This document shows positions 1-10,595 of a stretch of DNA of 64,000 nucleotides, piece by piece. Below the pieces are notes generated by a model that was not told the origin of the DNA, made no database searches, and saw nothing but the letters and a program-made list of their open reading frames with translations. The position numbers were made by a program, and so were the translations under genes. Within the stretch, counting starts at the first letter, position 1; the number at the start of each line of letters is the position of its first letter. The DNA is from an uncultured Nitrososphaeraceae archaeon (GTDB lineage Archaea; Thermoproteota; Nitrososphaeria; Nitrososphaerales; Nitrososphaeraceae): NCBI GenBank assembly GCA_963765895.1, contig CAVXZB010000084.1, positions 448,001 to 512,000 of the forward strand. The letters are read 5' to 3'.

Positions 1-888
1 ATATTTCTATACTCCGATTTCATGCAATTATATAATAATCTACAAACTCGTGCATTAGGGATAATGATGCATTGATTGGGTTTTGACGCAAGTATTATAT
101 AATTGCCAATATCGATAATATAACTACTACCACCAGCGTCCTGCAATCAAAGTGAGTCACATAATAAATGTATATTGTTTCAACAATACTTGTGGAAATT
201 GACTAGTAATAAAATAGTCTGTTGGAAGTTTAAAGATAATAGATAAGAACGAACATTATTCAAATTAAAGTTGTAGCTTGGCCATTTATACTACTAGTGG
301 TTAAAGTAGGATCACAGATGACGATCAGTCAAAACATATAAGATACCGATTAAATATTTTTCAGGTATTGTCTTGTTATTGGCAGGAGTTACATGTACTA
401 TACCTCTCCTTGCGAATTGGGTTTTCAGGCTCGTTCCATTTTCACAGATTGGTGGACCTAGCAAACACGGTCCTCGCCAACCCTCGTCATTTTAAAGATG
501 ATGAAAGCTACCTAAGAAAACGTATTATATATTTTTAATCCAATACATATACTGGTCGTTGGTGGTTGTTTCATTCAAATTCAACCATAATTCTATCAAT
601 TCTTTATTAGGTAATTCCCACAACCATTCTGCCTAAAGGTAGACAGATATTTAATATAAGTTTAGTCTATAGCTGTTGACTATTTTAGTTTGTGTTATAG
701 TCGCTGTGGCTTTTCTATATAACCAAGTTTAGCCTAATAATCCCTCTTATAATTAGACTACCTGTGGCCATTTTCAATATCTGCTATTATTACTATTCGT
801 ACATTACCATCAAGTTTAGGTCAAGTCAATAATTTCGTATTAGTATAAGGATAACTTTACCTAAAAAGAGAAAAAGAAAGAAGGAATG

Positions 889-1152
889 TTAATGCAGATC
901 CTCTTTCATTCCCTGATTATTCCAAGTTTTGTCTATAGTCATTTCCTCAACGTTAATTGAAATTTTAACCCATTTATCGTGATTTCTAAACATATGCGTA
1001 GATACTCCTTTACGTGCTCCATGAGGGAATCTGTTGCCAATTCTGTCAATCAATCTATCTCTTAATTTATTTACTTGATATTCAGCAATCATCAGATTTC
1101 CAACTATGTTCTCTAGCTCCAGGTCCCTTTCTTCAATTTCCTCTTTTTCCAA
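889..1152 (-). CDS. Hypothetical acidic/helical protein
   Basis: 87-aa ORF with natural-looking composition; no recognised motif. Confidence 0.35.
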   Translation of the reverse strand: MEKEEIEERDLELENIVGNLMIAEYQVNKLRDRLIDRIGNRFPHGARKGVSTHMFRNHDKWVKISINVEEMTIDKTWNNQGMKEDLH

Positions 1153-1690
1153 TTTTCTTGTTCGACCATTTACTTCCTAATCTGCATTTTCTATGTATTG
1201 TCTACTTCCTATTTGATAATGAATTTCATTGATATAATTTGATGTATCTATCACTGGAGTAGACAGGTTTCTACCACATACTGGAATACCAGCCTCTTCT
1301 TCTGTTTCGTTGTTTTCTAGTAGGACATAATCAGTACTACTACTTTTCATTCATTATTAGTTAGACAACATACTATAAAGAATATACTAAAATAACTCGG
1401 CCCATAAAATCATACCATTAAAAGATTGCTACAATCGTATAGTTTTGAAATATCTTATATTGAAAAAAACTTTCATAGCAAAAATTATTCTGGGTTATCA
1501 TATTAATATATTGCTTTTATTCGGATAACCATCACCTAAGGGAATACAAGTAAATGCTTATACAGAAATCTTCAAAAACTAGATAAAATTGAGAAATATT
1601 TCTTCGTGAAATAACCCTAAATTCGTATATTAATCAATATTAAGAGACTCTATAGTTGTGGATGTTATTTTGTTAAATTGACGTTAATCT

Positions 1691-2101
1691 CTATGCAGCT
1701 CTTACCGCTGTTGAACCACATCTCGGACATGTCCTTTCATTATGCTCTTTGCCACAATTCATACACCAGAATTTGATTGGATTATGATGGATATTTTCTG
1801 GTACACCATTACTGCTAAATCCTGAAGATACTGACCTATATAATCCTCGTATGCCATCCTTCATGCCAGATTTCCGCAAACCAAGATCTGTTCTAATGAC
1901 ATTAAGTGCTAAGAATATAAGCAAATAGACTGCAAAAGAAGCCGGAAAAGGAATTAGAAAAGAGACAAGAAAACCAACCCCAACATAGATCAGAAACCAT
2001 TTCAAATAATTTTTATAAATACTATGGCTGTTGGCGTCAGACTTATTATTACTTCCTCCTACTCCACTATACAAAGTTCTTCCTCCTACAATATTATTCA
2101 C
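1691..2101 (-). CDS. Membrane protein with C-terminal zinc ribbon
   Basis: Two hydrophobic helices followed by CMNC-x8-CPRC. Confidence 0.8.
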   Translation of the reverse strand: MNNIVGGRTLYSGVGGSNNKSDANSHSIYKNYLKWFLIYVGVGFLVSFLIPFPASFAVYLLIFLALNVIRTDLGLRKSGMKDGIRGLYRSVSSGFSSNGVPENIHHNPIKFWCMNCGKEHNERTCPRCGSTAVRAA

Positions 2102-2526
2102 TATCAGCTCGTATAAAGCCTATGAATACATTTGAACACACTATAACACAAAGTGGGATTAATTATAAGTATCTCAATAACTGCGGTAGCGCCAAAGTTA
2201 ACTAGAATATTAGTCATTTTTAATTATAAAGTTAAATTTGCACACCTATCATCCCATCCAGAGAACATAATAAATTCATGAATTTAATTATGGAAAGTAT
2301 AGTCAAGGTTGAACATGCAAAAATGCATTATATTTAATCAATTTGCACTTTATATTAGGTAGTTGCAGAGCGTTACAAATGCAAGTTAACTTGGTTAGAT
2401 ATTGATTATAAATCTTGATGGAGAATTACTATATGAGATGAGGGTAATTACAGCAAAATATCATCGAATTATAATCGGGGTGATACCTCACGATTCTAAT
2501 GAATTTGTATCTGTTACAGGGCTATC

Positions 2527-2721
2527 CTAGAAGCCCTTACCCGGCTGAAGTATATACCAATGACATCCGTCTGGAAGCTGGCGGCTATCTCTTGCGTCAC
2601 TTACCCCATGATTAAAGCCATATTGATAATCAATATTGCAAAGGTAGATGGAGCGCCTATCATTAGGAATGCTATGATTGCACTTAACATAATTGTCATT
2701 TTCATGCTTAGTATGTATCAA
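2527..2721 (-). pseudogene. Truncated fragment of a small secreted-protein family (DYQxGFxHGVxDA...CHWYILQPGKGF)
   Basis: Motif resembles a family I recall from Nitrososphaeraceae; no signal peptide and early stop. Confidence 0.4.
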
Positions 2722-3465
2722 GCCTAAAACTAATTCTTATATAATGCATTATTTGGCACCTCATGATATACAGCATACATAAATTTTACCATCATCGTGG
2801 GACGGTCAGTCTATACCTAGGACTGTAGCGTTTTCGATAATATTTATAACCCGGCATCCTACCTACCGGGTTATAACGCTATTTCAGAGATAATTGTGCC
2901 AGATGGGTTAAAACGTCTGATGTGTTAAACCTATTGGGTATTAACAGAACTAAATATGTTAGCTCGCGTGGACTAGTTGCTACTATTATCTGTAGATATA
3001 ATTATATATTGTTTCAATTTGGTCCAAATAATCAAAAACCGGCTAAACCGGGGTAACAAGATATAGAATAAATATACGCTTTTTTGCGTACATACAATAA
3101 GACATGATTTTTTTGTATATAAGGACGTTCAATGGGCAATAATGAATCCAACAATAAATATAGCCATATCATTTGAATTATTGCCAAGGATATAATTGAT
3201 GAGAACTGTCTAATTATCAAGTCTGAACTGACCCGTGCAATACCTAGAAAAACCTTCGAAGACTATCTTCCATCTTTAGTATGATAGTGTATAAAGTAGA
3301 TGGCAAATTTTGAACGTAGTAGCATTCTCTTCCATTTCTGTAATTGATTTAACAGATTTGTTTCATAGCGCTATACCATATGGGATTTGAAGAAGCGAAT
3401 ATAGATGTAGATTTATCCTATTACATATTATAGTTTTAGGATCTTTTCAAAATTTTATCGTAGTC

Positions 3466-4047
3466 TTATTTTGAACATACAAGCAACTTAACATTTGATT
3501 GTGATGGAAAATAAGATGACCAATAATCAATTATTTTGCTAGCTCTTTTCATTTTTAGATTATAGGTCATTTCTTGAGTCATCTTATTGGAATTCGTAAT
3601 AAAACCTAAAATGAGTTTGAGTTCGTGGTCTGCATACTTTGAATAGAGATTTCTTGATGCCTGCTTTATAGGCTCAAAAATTGGCCCCATCTTAATCATT
3701 GCCTTGTCTAGAAGCGGATCTATAAATATCAGGCGTCGGTCATTCGGATCTCTCTTTCTCCTAACATATCCTGCTTTAGCCAAACGGTCTACAACACCTG
3801 TGATTGCACCGGTAGAAAGACCCGTCTCTTCAGCTAACTGACTAGCGGTCATAGGCATCCTAGTTCTGATGATAACATCTAGACATTTATGGTCAGTAGG
3901 ATTGAGCCCCAGACGTTCGCCAATAAGATGATGAAAAAGAACAGTTCTTGTGCTAAATTCACGTGATTGTTGATCCAGAGATTCTAAGAGGTTATGATGT
4001 GATAATGCGAGATTATCATCGGAATTAGTGGTGGTATTGTCTGACAC
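3466..4047 (-). CDS. MarR-family transcriptional regulator
   Basis: wHTH MTASQLAEETGLSTGAITGVVDRL and DPNDRR wing motif. Confidence 0.92.
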   Translation of the reverse strand: MSDNTTTNSDDNLALSHHNLLESLDQQSREFSTRTVLFHHLIGERLGLNPTDHKCLDVIIRTRMPMTASQLAEETGLSTGAITGVVDRLAKAGYVRRKRDPNDRRLIFIDPLLDKAMIKMGPIFEPIKQASRNLYSKYADHELKLILGFITNSNKMTQEMTYNLKMKRASKIIDYWSSYFPSQSNVKLLVCSK

Positions 4048-4111
4048 TACTACCTAATACTAGTTTTGAAATATAAAATGTTTATGTTGTCTATCTATTA
4101 CCCTGATGACC

Positions 4112-4134
4112 TCTTAGCACATAAGATATTTATA
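4112..4134 (+). promoter_or_regulatory. Candidate MarR operator TCTTA-N5-TAAGA abutting a TATA box (TATTTATA)
   Basis: Palindrome in the divergent marR/ester-cyclase intergenic gap. Confidence 0.4.
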
Positions 4135-4156
4135 GCGTAAGACGTGTGTAAATAAT

Positions 4157-4720
4157 ATGGCCGTAGAAAAAAGAGGACAAATGAAATAGAACTAATAGAA
4201 AAAGAAAATATGAGAATTGTTAGGCTCGCAAATCAAGCCTTCAATACCGGAGATTTAAGCAAGGTTCACGAATTTATAAGTCCAGATTACGTTAATCGTG
4301 TATCACAGGGATTTGCAGAAGTAGAAGGCATATCAAGTCTTCCAAATGAATTTAGAGATATTATAAAATATAGATCAGGTCTGAAGGGTCCTGAAGAGTT
4401 TATGGATACTGTCAAATCGTTACGAAACGCATTTAGTGATCTTCATTATGCAGAGCAGGAAATCATTGCCTCTAGAGAGAGTTATTACTCTTGTAAATGT
4501 TAGTGGCAAACATGTAGGTGATTTTTTTGGCATCCCTCCGCCAGGACGCAACTTCAATTATGAAGCAATGCATATGTTCAGGATTCTTGATAATAAGATA
4601 GTAGAACATAGAGCAATTCATGATGATCTTAGTTTTATGATGCAGCTGGATTTGGTTCGCCCTACATCCCAAGAGTATGAACATCTCTCTCAAGCTTGGA
4701 AGGGTTGCAAGTGCAGGTAG
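4157..4720 (+). pseudogene. SnoaL-like ester cyclase (NTF2 fold), frameshifted
   Basis: ORFs 4210-4503 and 4436-4720 join into AFSDLHY...SGKHVGDFFGIPPPGR...KIVEH. Confidence 0.8.
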
Positions 4721-4914
4721 AGAAGATCTCGTGGAAATAATTTCTATTTAGATTAAGAGACCGACTGCTACTCAAAAATAAATAAATAAATTAATAAATA
4801 AGTTACCAAAAGGATAACTGGCTCGGTTTCTATATAGATAATGAGCATTATGTTATACTCCTTAACTTTAGTATTAAATCCCGTCCAGATCCTGTCCATT
4901 TATTTTTTTAATTT

Positions 4915-5127
4915 TCAGCCAATTAAATTAAGTATTGGTGTATGTATTATAGGTTCTACTTTTAAGAATTTGATTGCAGGAATATCATCACCAGCTTTCT
5001 TGCTTTCTATCTTTACGCATTTTATACATAGATACTTAGTCAGCACCTCAGAGTCATTAAAGTATTCAATTGCAAGTTTATAGTAGGCATCTACATTACA
5101 ATGTTCACACGTTACAGTTCTTTCCAA
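4915..5127 (-). CDS. Small CxxC/CxxC zinc-binding protein
   Basis: CEHC and CIKC pairs in a 70-aa ORF. Confidence 0.45.
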   Translation of the reverse strand: MERTVTCEHCNVDAYYKLAIEYFNDSEVLTKYLCIKCVKIESKKAGDDIPAIKFLKVEPIIHTPILNLIG

Positions 5128-5486
5128 CTACTAGGCTTATTCTTATAGCATACGATATCAAACACAGAGGTTATTTTTACTTGACAATTTGGTGAGAATA
5201 TACATAGTGGGACTGAAGGAAAAAAAATAAATAGGAAGAATGTTGATTACGATGGTAAACTATAACAAAAGTCCATTACCAGTAGAAGTGTTTATCCAAC
5301 GAAACATGGTGGGCAGTAAAAAACAAAAATACTGCAAGTACAATCTTTCGCACTCTCAAAAATCCTAATAACTATTTGGTATAGATAAAAATGTAGGAGC
5401 CTAATGAGAATAGTCGTAATCGTAAGGAAACAGTAACTTAATCCGAGCATGGGCATTCCATCTGGATATTTAAATTATCTACGCTA

Positions 5487-6070
5487 TTATGGAGCAAACC
5501 TTTTGATGGACAAGGAATTACTAAATACCGTCAAATCACCTATGACCCATCCTAATGCTGCTAACGCTGGAGTTAGTACTAGAGAATTTGTGAGACCATA
5601 TAACAATCCAGCAGCAATTGATATTGTTACAACGTTATAAGTAAAAGACATGGCTAATTCTGTTTTATTTTCCTAAATGAATATTGTCCTAACTTTAAGG
5701 CATAAAGAACATGCTTCAGGTCATTTTTATAAGTATTATATGTCCAGCAGACACGGCAATGTTTGTTCCGGAAGCAATAGCTATCCCCAACGTCGGGCCT
5801 ATGTTAGTACAGGAGCATCATTTATACCGTCATCGATCATGACGACTTTTTTACCTTAATTAATTTGCAGATTCTTTATTTCTAAAGCTTTTGCAATAGG
5901 TGAGACATGAGACCTGAAACATGACCTTTTCTATACCAAGTTTCTTGGCGATTGAATTGACTGTTCTCTTATTATCTCCATTGATAAGTATGATTTTCTT
6001 TTTTATATTCTTGAAATTTCTCCCTTTTTATATCATGCTCTTGTTCGCTTCAGGCCTTTGAGGATCAAAA
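5487..6070 (-). pseudogene. C-terminal remnant of a P1B-type heavy-metal ATPase (CopA-like)
   Basis: Manual translation across frameshifts gives INGDNKRTVNSIAKKLGI, GKKVVMIDDGINDAPVL, DVGIAIASGT, KIKQN, YNVVTISIAAG. Confidence 0.85.
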
Positions 6071-6075
6071 TAGGT

Positions 6076-6645
6076 TTATTTATCCTTGTTTTGATTATCG
6101 ACCTTATAGTCTAAAATACAACTCTTACTCAATTTATTACTTATTGAATATAGTGCCCATATCAAAAGGGCTATCGAAAAAATTCGTAAAGGTGTCTGAT
6201 AATTAGTTAGAAAGGCTGATGCAGTTATTCCTATCCCTCCAAATGTAGAAACTAGAAGTGACCCCAACGAGGAACAACTAGCACAAGTGCTTGAAAGCAC
6301 ACTTAAAGTCGACCCTGAAAAAAGTGATTTAATATTTATCTTCAAACCTTTTGAATGTCTTAGCACATATACATTCATACCTACAACAATACCCAAAATG
6401 ACTGTAGTTATAGTAGAGAGAATAAATCCTGTTACTGCATCATCTGGTAGGTAAAATACAAATACAGGCGTAAAAAAGAGCAGTTGATCAAAAATACTAA
6501 ATATGATCCAGAATATTATAGATATAACTCCTGCTATAACAACATACTGCCAATTTGCGAAGACCATTCTTACAGAGGTCGAAATAGTAAGAGGAGGTCG
6601 CGACCCTGATTTCAGTAATGAAGTTATTTTATTATCCCTTTTCAA
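6076..6645 (-). CDS. Integral membrane protein with CxxC motif (TCASC)
   Basis: About 4 TM helices; co-oriented 20 bp downstream of the DsbA gene. Confidence 0.8.
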   Translation of the reverse strand: MKRDNKITSLLKSGSRPPLTISTSVRMVFANWQYVVIAGVISIIFWIIFSIFDQLLFFTPVFVFYLPDDAVTGFILSTITTVILGIVVGMNVYVLRHSKGLKINIKSLFSGSTLSVLSSTCASCSSLGSLLVSTFGGIGITASAFLTNYQTPLRIFSIALLIWALYSISNKLSKSCILDYKVDNQNKDK

Positions 6646-6665
6646 ATTGCTTTGAATCCACTTAT

Positions 6666-7463
6666 TTATTCATTTAATTTCTTATCGATTACTGCCTGGA
6701 ATGAAGGGAAAGGATATGCTCCTAGTAACATCTCTCTACTTGAACCATCTTTCCTTTCTATTACAAAACTAGGCGTGCCTTGAAATCCTGAAGATATGGC
6801 TAGAGTATTATCCTTATCTACAAATGATTTATACTTATTATTATCAAGACATGAACTAAACTTTTGAATGTTCAAGCCAGGTATTTGTAGTGCAAACTTT
6901 TTCATACCGTTTGTATTAGCCCAGCCAGAGTTTTCAGCTCCTTGATTTTTATAGAGGATCTGATAAAAAATCCAAAATTTACCTTGGTCATTAGTGCATT
7001 GGGCTGCCATGGCGGCAGTGTTTGAATCTGGCCCGTGGGTTACAAAATTTTTGAAAATCATGTTTGCTTTACCTGTTTGAATGTAAGTCGCATTTATCTT
7101 TGGTTCAGTTACTTTAGCAAACCTATCACAAAATTCGCATTGAAAGTCGCCAAATTCAACTATTGTGAGTGGTGCTGCTGGATTTCCTTGTAATGGAGAG
7201 CCTGATCGGATTAAACTTTGTGGTGATAAATTGATTGCGATTTTTTCTGATTGTTTAGTCACTTGCTTGCCTTGTTCAGGACGTACTGGAGAAAAGCCAT
7301 TTTGGATAGTGCCACTTTCAACCCTCTCATGTGCTCTTTCTGCAGCCTTTGCTATATGAATTATAGTTTCAAGAGGATATGATGATGATTGCACGTACGC
7401 CAACGCTAAAGATAATAGGATTAATGCCAATGAGACATGCAAAAATGCTATTTTATTTTTCAT
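6666..7463 (-). CDS. Exported DsbA/thioredoxin-fold oxidoreductase
   Basis: Signal anchor, EFGDFQCEFC active site, GTP cis-Pro loop. Confidence 0.92.
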   Translation of the reverse strand: MKNKIAFLHVSLALILLSLALAYVQSSSYPLETIIHIAKAAERAHERVESGTIQNGFSPVRPEQGKQVTKQSEKIAINLSPQSLIRSGSPLQGNPAAPLTIVEFGDFQCEFCDRFAKVTEPKINATYIQTGKANMIFKNFVTHGPDSNTAAMAAQCTNDQGKFWIFYQILYKNQGAENSGWANTNGMKKFALQIPGLNIQKFSSCLDNNKYKSFVDKDNTLAISSGFQGTPSFVIERKDGSSREMLLGAYPFPSFQAVIDKKLNE

Positions 7464-7688
7464 ATATCTAGATCAATTCACTTAGCACAAAAAAATCTTT
7501 ACATTGTTATTGGGTTGATTGCGGCCCTTGCAGTACTTTCAATGTTAAATATACTTGTGGCGTCAGATTATTTTTCTACTTCAAGCGAGCAAGTAGATAA
7601 AATAGTTGACCTTAGATTATTGGCCGTTTTAATAGTTGTATTGATACCATTGGTTTTTATCTTTACTGAGATCAAGAAATGTTCTTGA
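7437..7688 (+). CDS. Small two-TM hypothetical protein
   Basis: Two hydrophobic segments; start uncertain. Confidence 0.4.
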   Translation: MQKCYFIFHISRSIHLAQKNLYIVIGLIAALAVLSMLNILVASDYFSTSSEQVDKIVDLRLLAVLIVVLIPLVFIFTEIKKCS

Positions 7689-8004
7689 TAGATGGGCTGA
7701 TATGTTTGAAAGAAATACATTAATAGCTACCATGGGTATTGGTATGACAGCAAGAGCTAAAGAAGAAGCAATCTTTGGTTGTCGCGATCTATACAAGAGA
7801 TTGGCAAACTACTACAAGAATATATGATTCAAAAATAATCTTAATGAATTTCTGAATGTATCCATACGTGATGCCGACCATCTGGTACTTGATGTCATAT
7901 TAGATTCGGATCACGTATTGAATGATGGTAAGTAGTCCAAGCAACAATCTTAGAGTTCTAAAGGAATATTGAAATTCATCACGGTATTGCATATGATATC
8001 AATG

Positions 8005-8301
8005 TTATTCATAAACTGGAGAATGACCTTGTTTTGATTGTATATATCTTCCTTTTGACTTAAATCGGAAATCAGTTTTATCTAACTTATTCTTATTTCT
8101 AACATCATTTAACTTTTTAATATCCTTACAATTTTTCTCATCCAAATTGTTGGTGGAGATATATCTAGCGTAAACATCTTCAACAAATGTAAATTCCCGT
8201 GTTGGAGATTCTACGATTTTTATTTCTCCGTTTACTTTCCATTTTCCTTTATCTATTTTTTTGTTTTTTCCCACTTTTTCTAAATCCCTCTTGTGATGCA
8301 A
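8005..8301 (-). CDS. Hypothetical Lys-rich protein
   Basis: 98-aa ORF only. Confidence 0.35.
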   Translation of the reverse strand: MHHKRDLEKVGKNKKIDKGKWKVNGEIKIVESPTREFTFVEDVYARYISTNNLDEKNCKDIKKLNDVRNKNKLDKTDFRFKSKGRYIQSKQGHSPVYE

Positions 8302-8863
8302 TACTATACAACCTGCAATGAATTAGGATGAATGTAACATGATAAATCTAAATCACAATTTATCAGAACAATGATAGCAGCGTATGCTACATTCATAGTA
8401 TCCATTTAATATAAAAGTTCAAGGAAGGTATCCGAAAGTATGCACATATGCACATATACGACTGTAAAAAATTGAATTTAAGGATTGCCATAAAAGATTC
8501 AATGCATTAACCTTATCACTATTCCTAGCCTATCAGATCTGGCAAGATCTCTCACGGCCGTTATTACATAACTAACTCGAATAAGCTATTGTTTACATGT
8601 AGCAGTTTAAACAACCATGAGTTCTTTCAGAGATAAATCCTTCAAATTCCTCAGTTTAAATAAACTTTCTTCTCAATAAGATTCTTTATACGAACATCTA
8701 GATAGACTAGTATAATCATGGATAATATCAGTCAAAGCCCATTTGTCGGAAAATAGGTTGGATATTGAGCTGTTATATTCCTGTCAAGACTTTACCATAC
8801 TTATATTTGATTAAATGTTTCATACGATATTTGAATCAGGCTTAACTCTACTCATCCACGCTT

Positions 8864-9505
8864 TCATATATCCACTGTATGCACTAATCCATGCAATGTT
8901 ATAATCCTGCTATACTTTATTACCGAAATGAATAGATTGTTATTATTATCATTGCTGAGTAACCTAAAATGAGATCCTCTATTCTCATTATCATAGAATC
9001 CAACTGATTCATGTAAATGATCTTGTTTTTCATATTCCTTGTTAACATAAGTAATATCGTCAGTTTTTACATCCTGGGTCGGTATTATTACGTCCTTTTC
9101 TATTAATTCCCTTGCGCTAAGATCTCTTTCTTGTAAGACCGAATCCACCATTGTAGGAAAGGTGGTGGGATCAGGATTTGAGTTGGAACTAGTTTCAGGA
9201 TCGGTATTTTTAATGCCACCATTGATACTTGTAGATATAGAATCTAGCCTGCTGTTTTCTTCCACATGCGAGAAAATCTTAGCCATCTCATCTAATCCCA
9301 TATCAGCTACTTCTTTCATTTCCGAAATAGCATTATCACTCGATGAATCAAATACCTCTGTTTGAGGTGTTGTTGATAATGATGAAGATGACGCAGGCAG
9401 TGATGAAGATGGTGCTGTGACTGCTACTAGTGATGACGAATTTTTCTTCCTTTTGATCCATTGTCTTAGTTTTAAGTTCTTTTCATCTCCCAATTCTATA
9501 CTCAT
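8864..9505 (-). CDS. Hypothetical Ser-rich disordered protein
   Basis: 213-aa ORF downstream of the REC cluster. Confidence 0.55.
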   Translation of the reverse strand: MSIELGDEKNLKLRQWIKRKKNSSSLVAVTAPSSSLPASSSSLSTTPQTEVFDSSSDNAISEMKEVADMGLDEMAKIFSHVEENSRLDSISTSINGGIKNTDPETSSNSNPDPTTFPTMVDSVLQERDLSARELIEKDVIIPTQDVKTDDITYVNKEYEKQDHLHESVGFYDNENRGSHFRLLSNDNNNNLFISVIKYSRIITLHGLVHTVDI

Positions 9506-9659
9506 ATCTATATTTTGATTACTATTCTTATTATCCGTTTGATTGTCAGAACTACTTATTGAAATTGTTTAGTGGTTGACTTGATTGGCTTGTAAGCAAT
9601 AGTTTTGGAGATCCGATTGATCTTCAGATCTATATTCGGCATGGCCTTCATTGAGAATC

Positions 9660-10064
9660 TTACGTTAGCTCTTTCTTTACATTTCTTATCAAATCTTCGA
9701 TGGTTAAGGGCTTTGGGATAAAGCATTTCACTTCATTGAGAATCTCTTTTGTTGGATTTCTTAGGCTCTCGTTATGTAATTCAGATGCAGTCAAAAAACA
9801 CACCTTAACTTTATTGTCTAATTTCCTTATTTCTTTATACAATTCATATCCATTCATTTTAGGCATATTAATATCAAGTATTACCAAAGAATAGTAATTT
9901 GGCTTAAAATTAGAGAGTGCCAATATTGGGTCAGTAAAAGCATCAACCCCATATCCTTCATCTTCTAGACCCATACTTAAGACTGAGATATTATCATACT
10001 CGTTGTCGACAAGTAATAGTCTCGTCGTCGTCGTTGCACTATTATTGTGGCTCACTACTATCAT
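9660..10064 (-). CDS. Stand-alone response regulator (REC)
   Basis: LLVDNE, ILDINMPKMNG, FLTA, PKP. Confidence 0.92.
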   Translation of the reverse strand: MIVVSHNNSATTTTRLLLVDNEYDNISVLSMGLEDEGYGVDAFTDPILALSNFKPNYYSLVILDINMPKMNGYELYKEIRKLDNKVKVCFLTASELHNESLRNPTKEILNEVKCFIPKPLTIEDLIRNVKKELT

Positions 10065-10128
10065 TTACATTAATAGCAATAATAATGATACTATTGCTAC
10101 TTAACGTTACTCCCGTTACTGGTATCAA

Positions 10129-10587
10129 TTATGAATTCAATTCTTCCTTTATTCGTTTTACTAACTCGTCTAGGTCAATAGGTTTTTGAATAATGCATTT
10201 TACGTCTGAGTCTTCTTTTCCTTCTTGACGCATTGAATCCGAACTACCCTGGAATTCTTTTTTGATATCTCCATGATATACATCAAATGCTGTGATAAAA
10301 CATACCTTAACTTTGGTATCTACCTTCCTTATCTCTTGATATAACTCAAATCCATTCATCTTTGGCATTTTATAGTCTATAAGAACTAGATTGTAGATGC
10401 CGCTCTTGAAATCAGATAATGCTTGTAAGGGATCATTAAATGCATCAACTTTAAAACCATTATCTTGAAGACCCATAGTATAAACCATTGTGATATCAAC
10501 TTCATCGTCTACTAATAGAATTCTATTATTATCATCATCTTTATTGTTATTATTACCGTTGTTATTATAATTGTCCATATTACTCAT
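10129..10587 (-). CDS. Stand-alone response regulator (REC)
   Basis: LLVDDE, LIDYKMPKMNG, FITA, QKP. Confidence 0.93.
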   Translation of the reverse strand: MSNMDNYNNNGNNNNKDDDNNRILLVDDEVDITMVYTMGLQDNGFKVDAFNDPLQALSDFKSGIYNLVLIDYKMPKMNGFELYQEIRKVDTKVKVCFITAFDVYHGDIKKEFQGSSDSMRQEGKEDSDVKCIIQKPIDLDELVKRIKEELNS

Positions 10588-10595
10588 GGTTCTTC

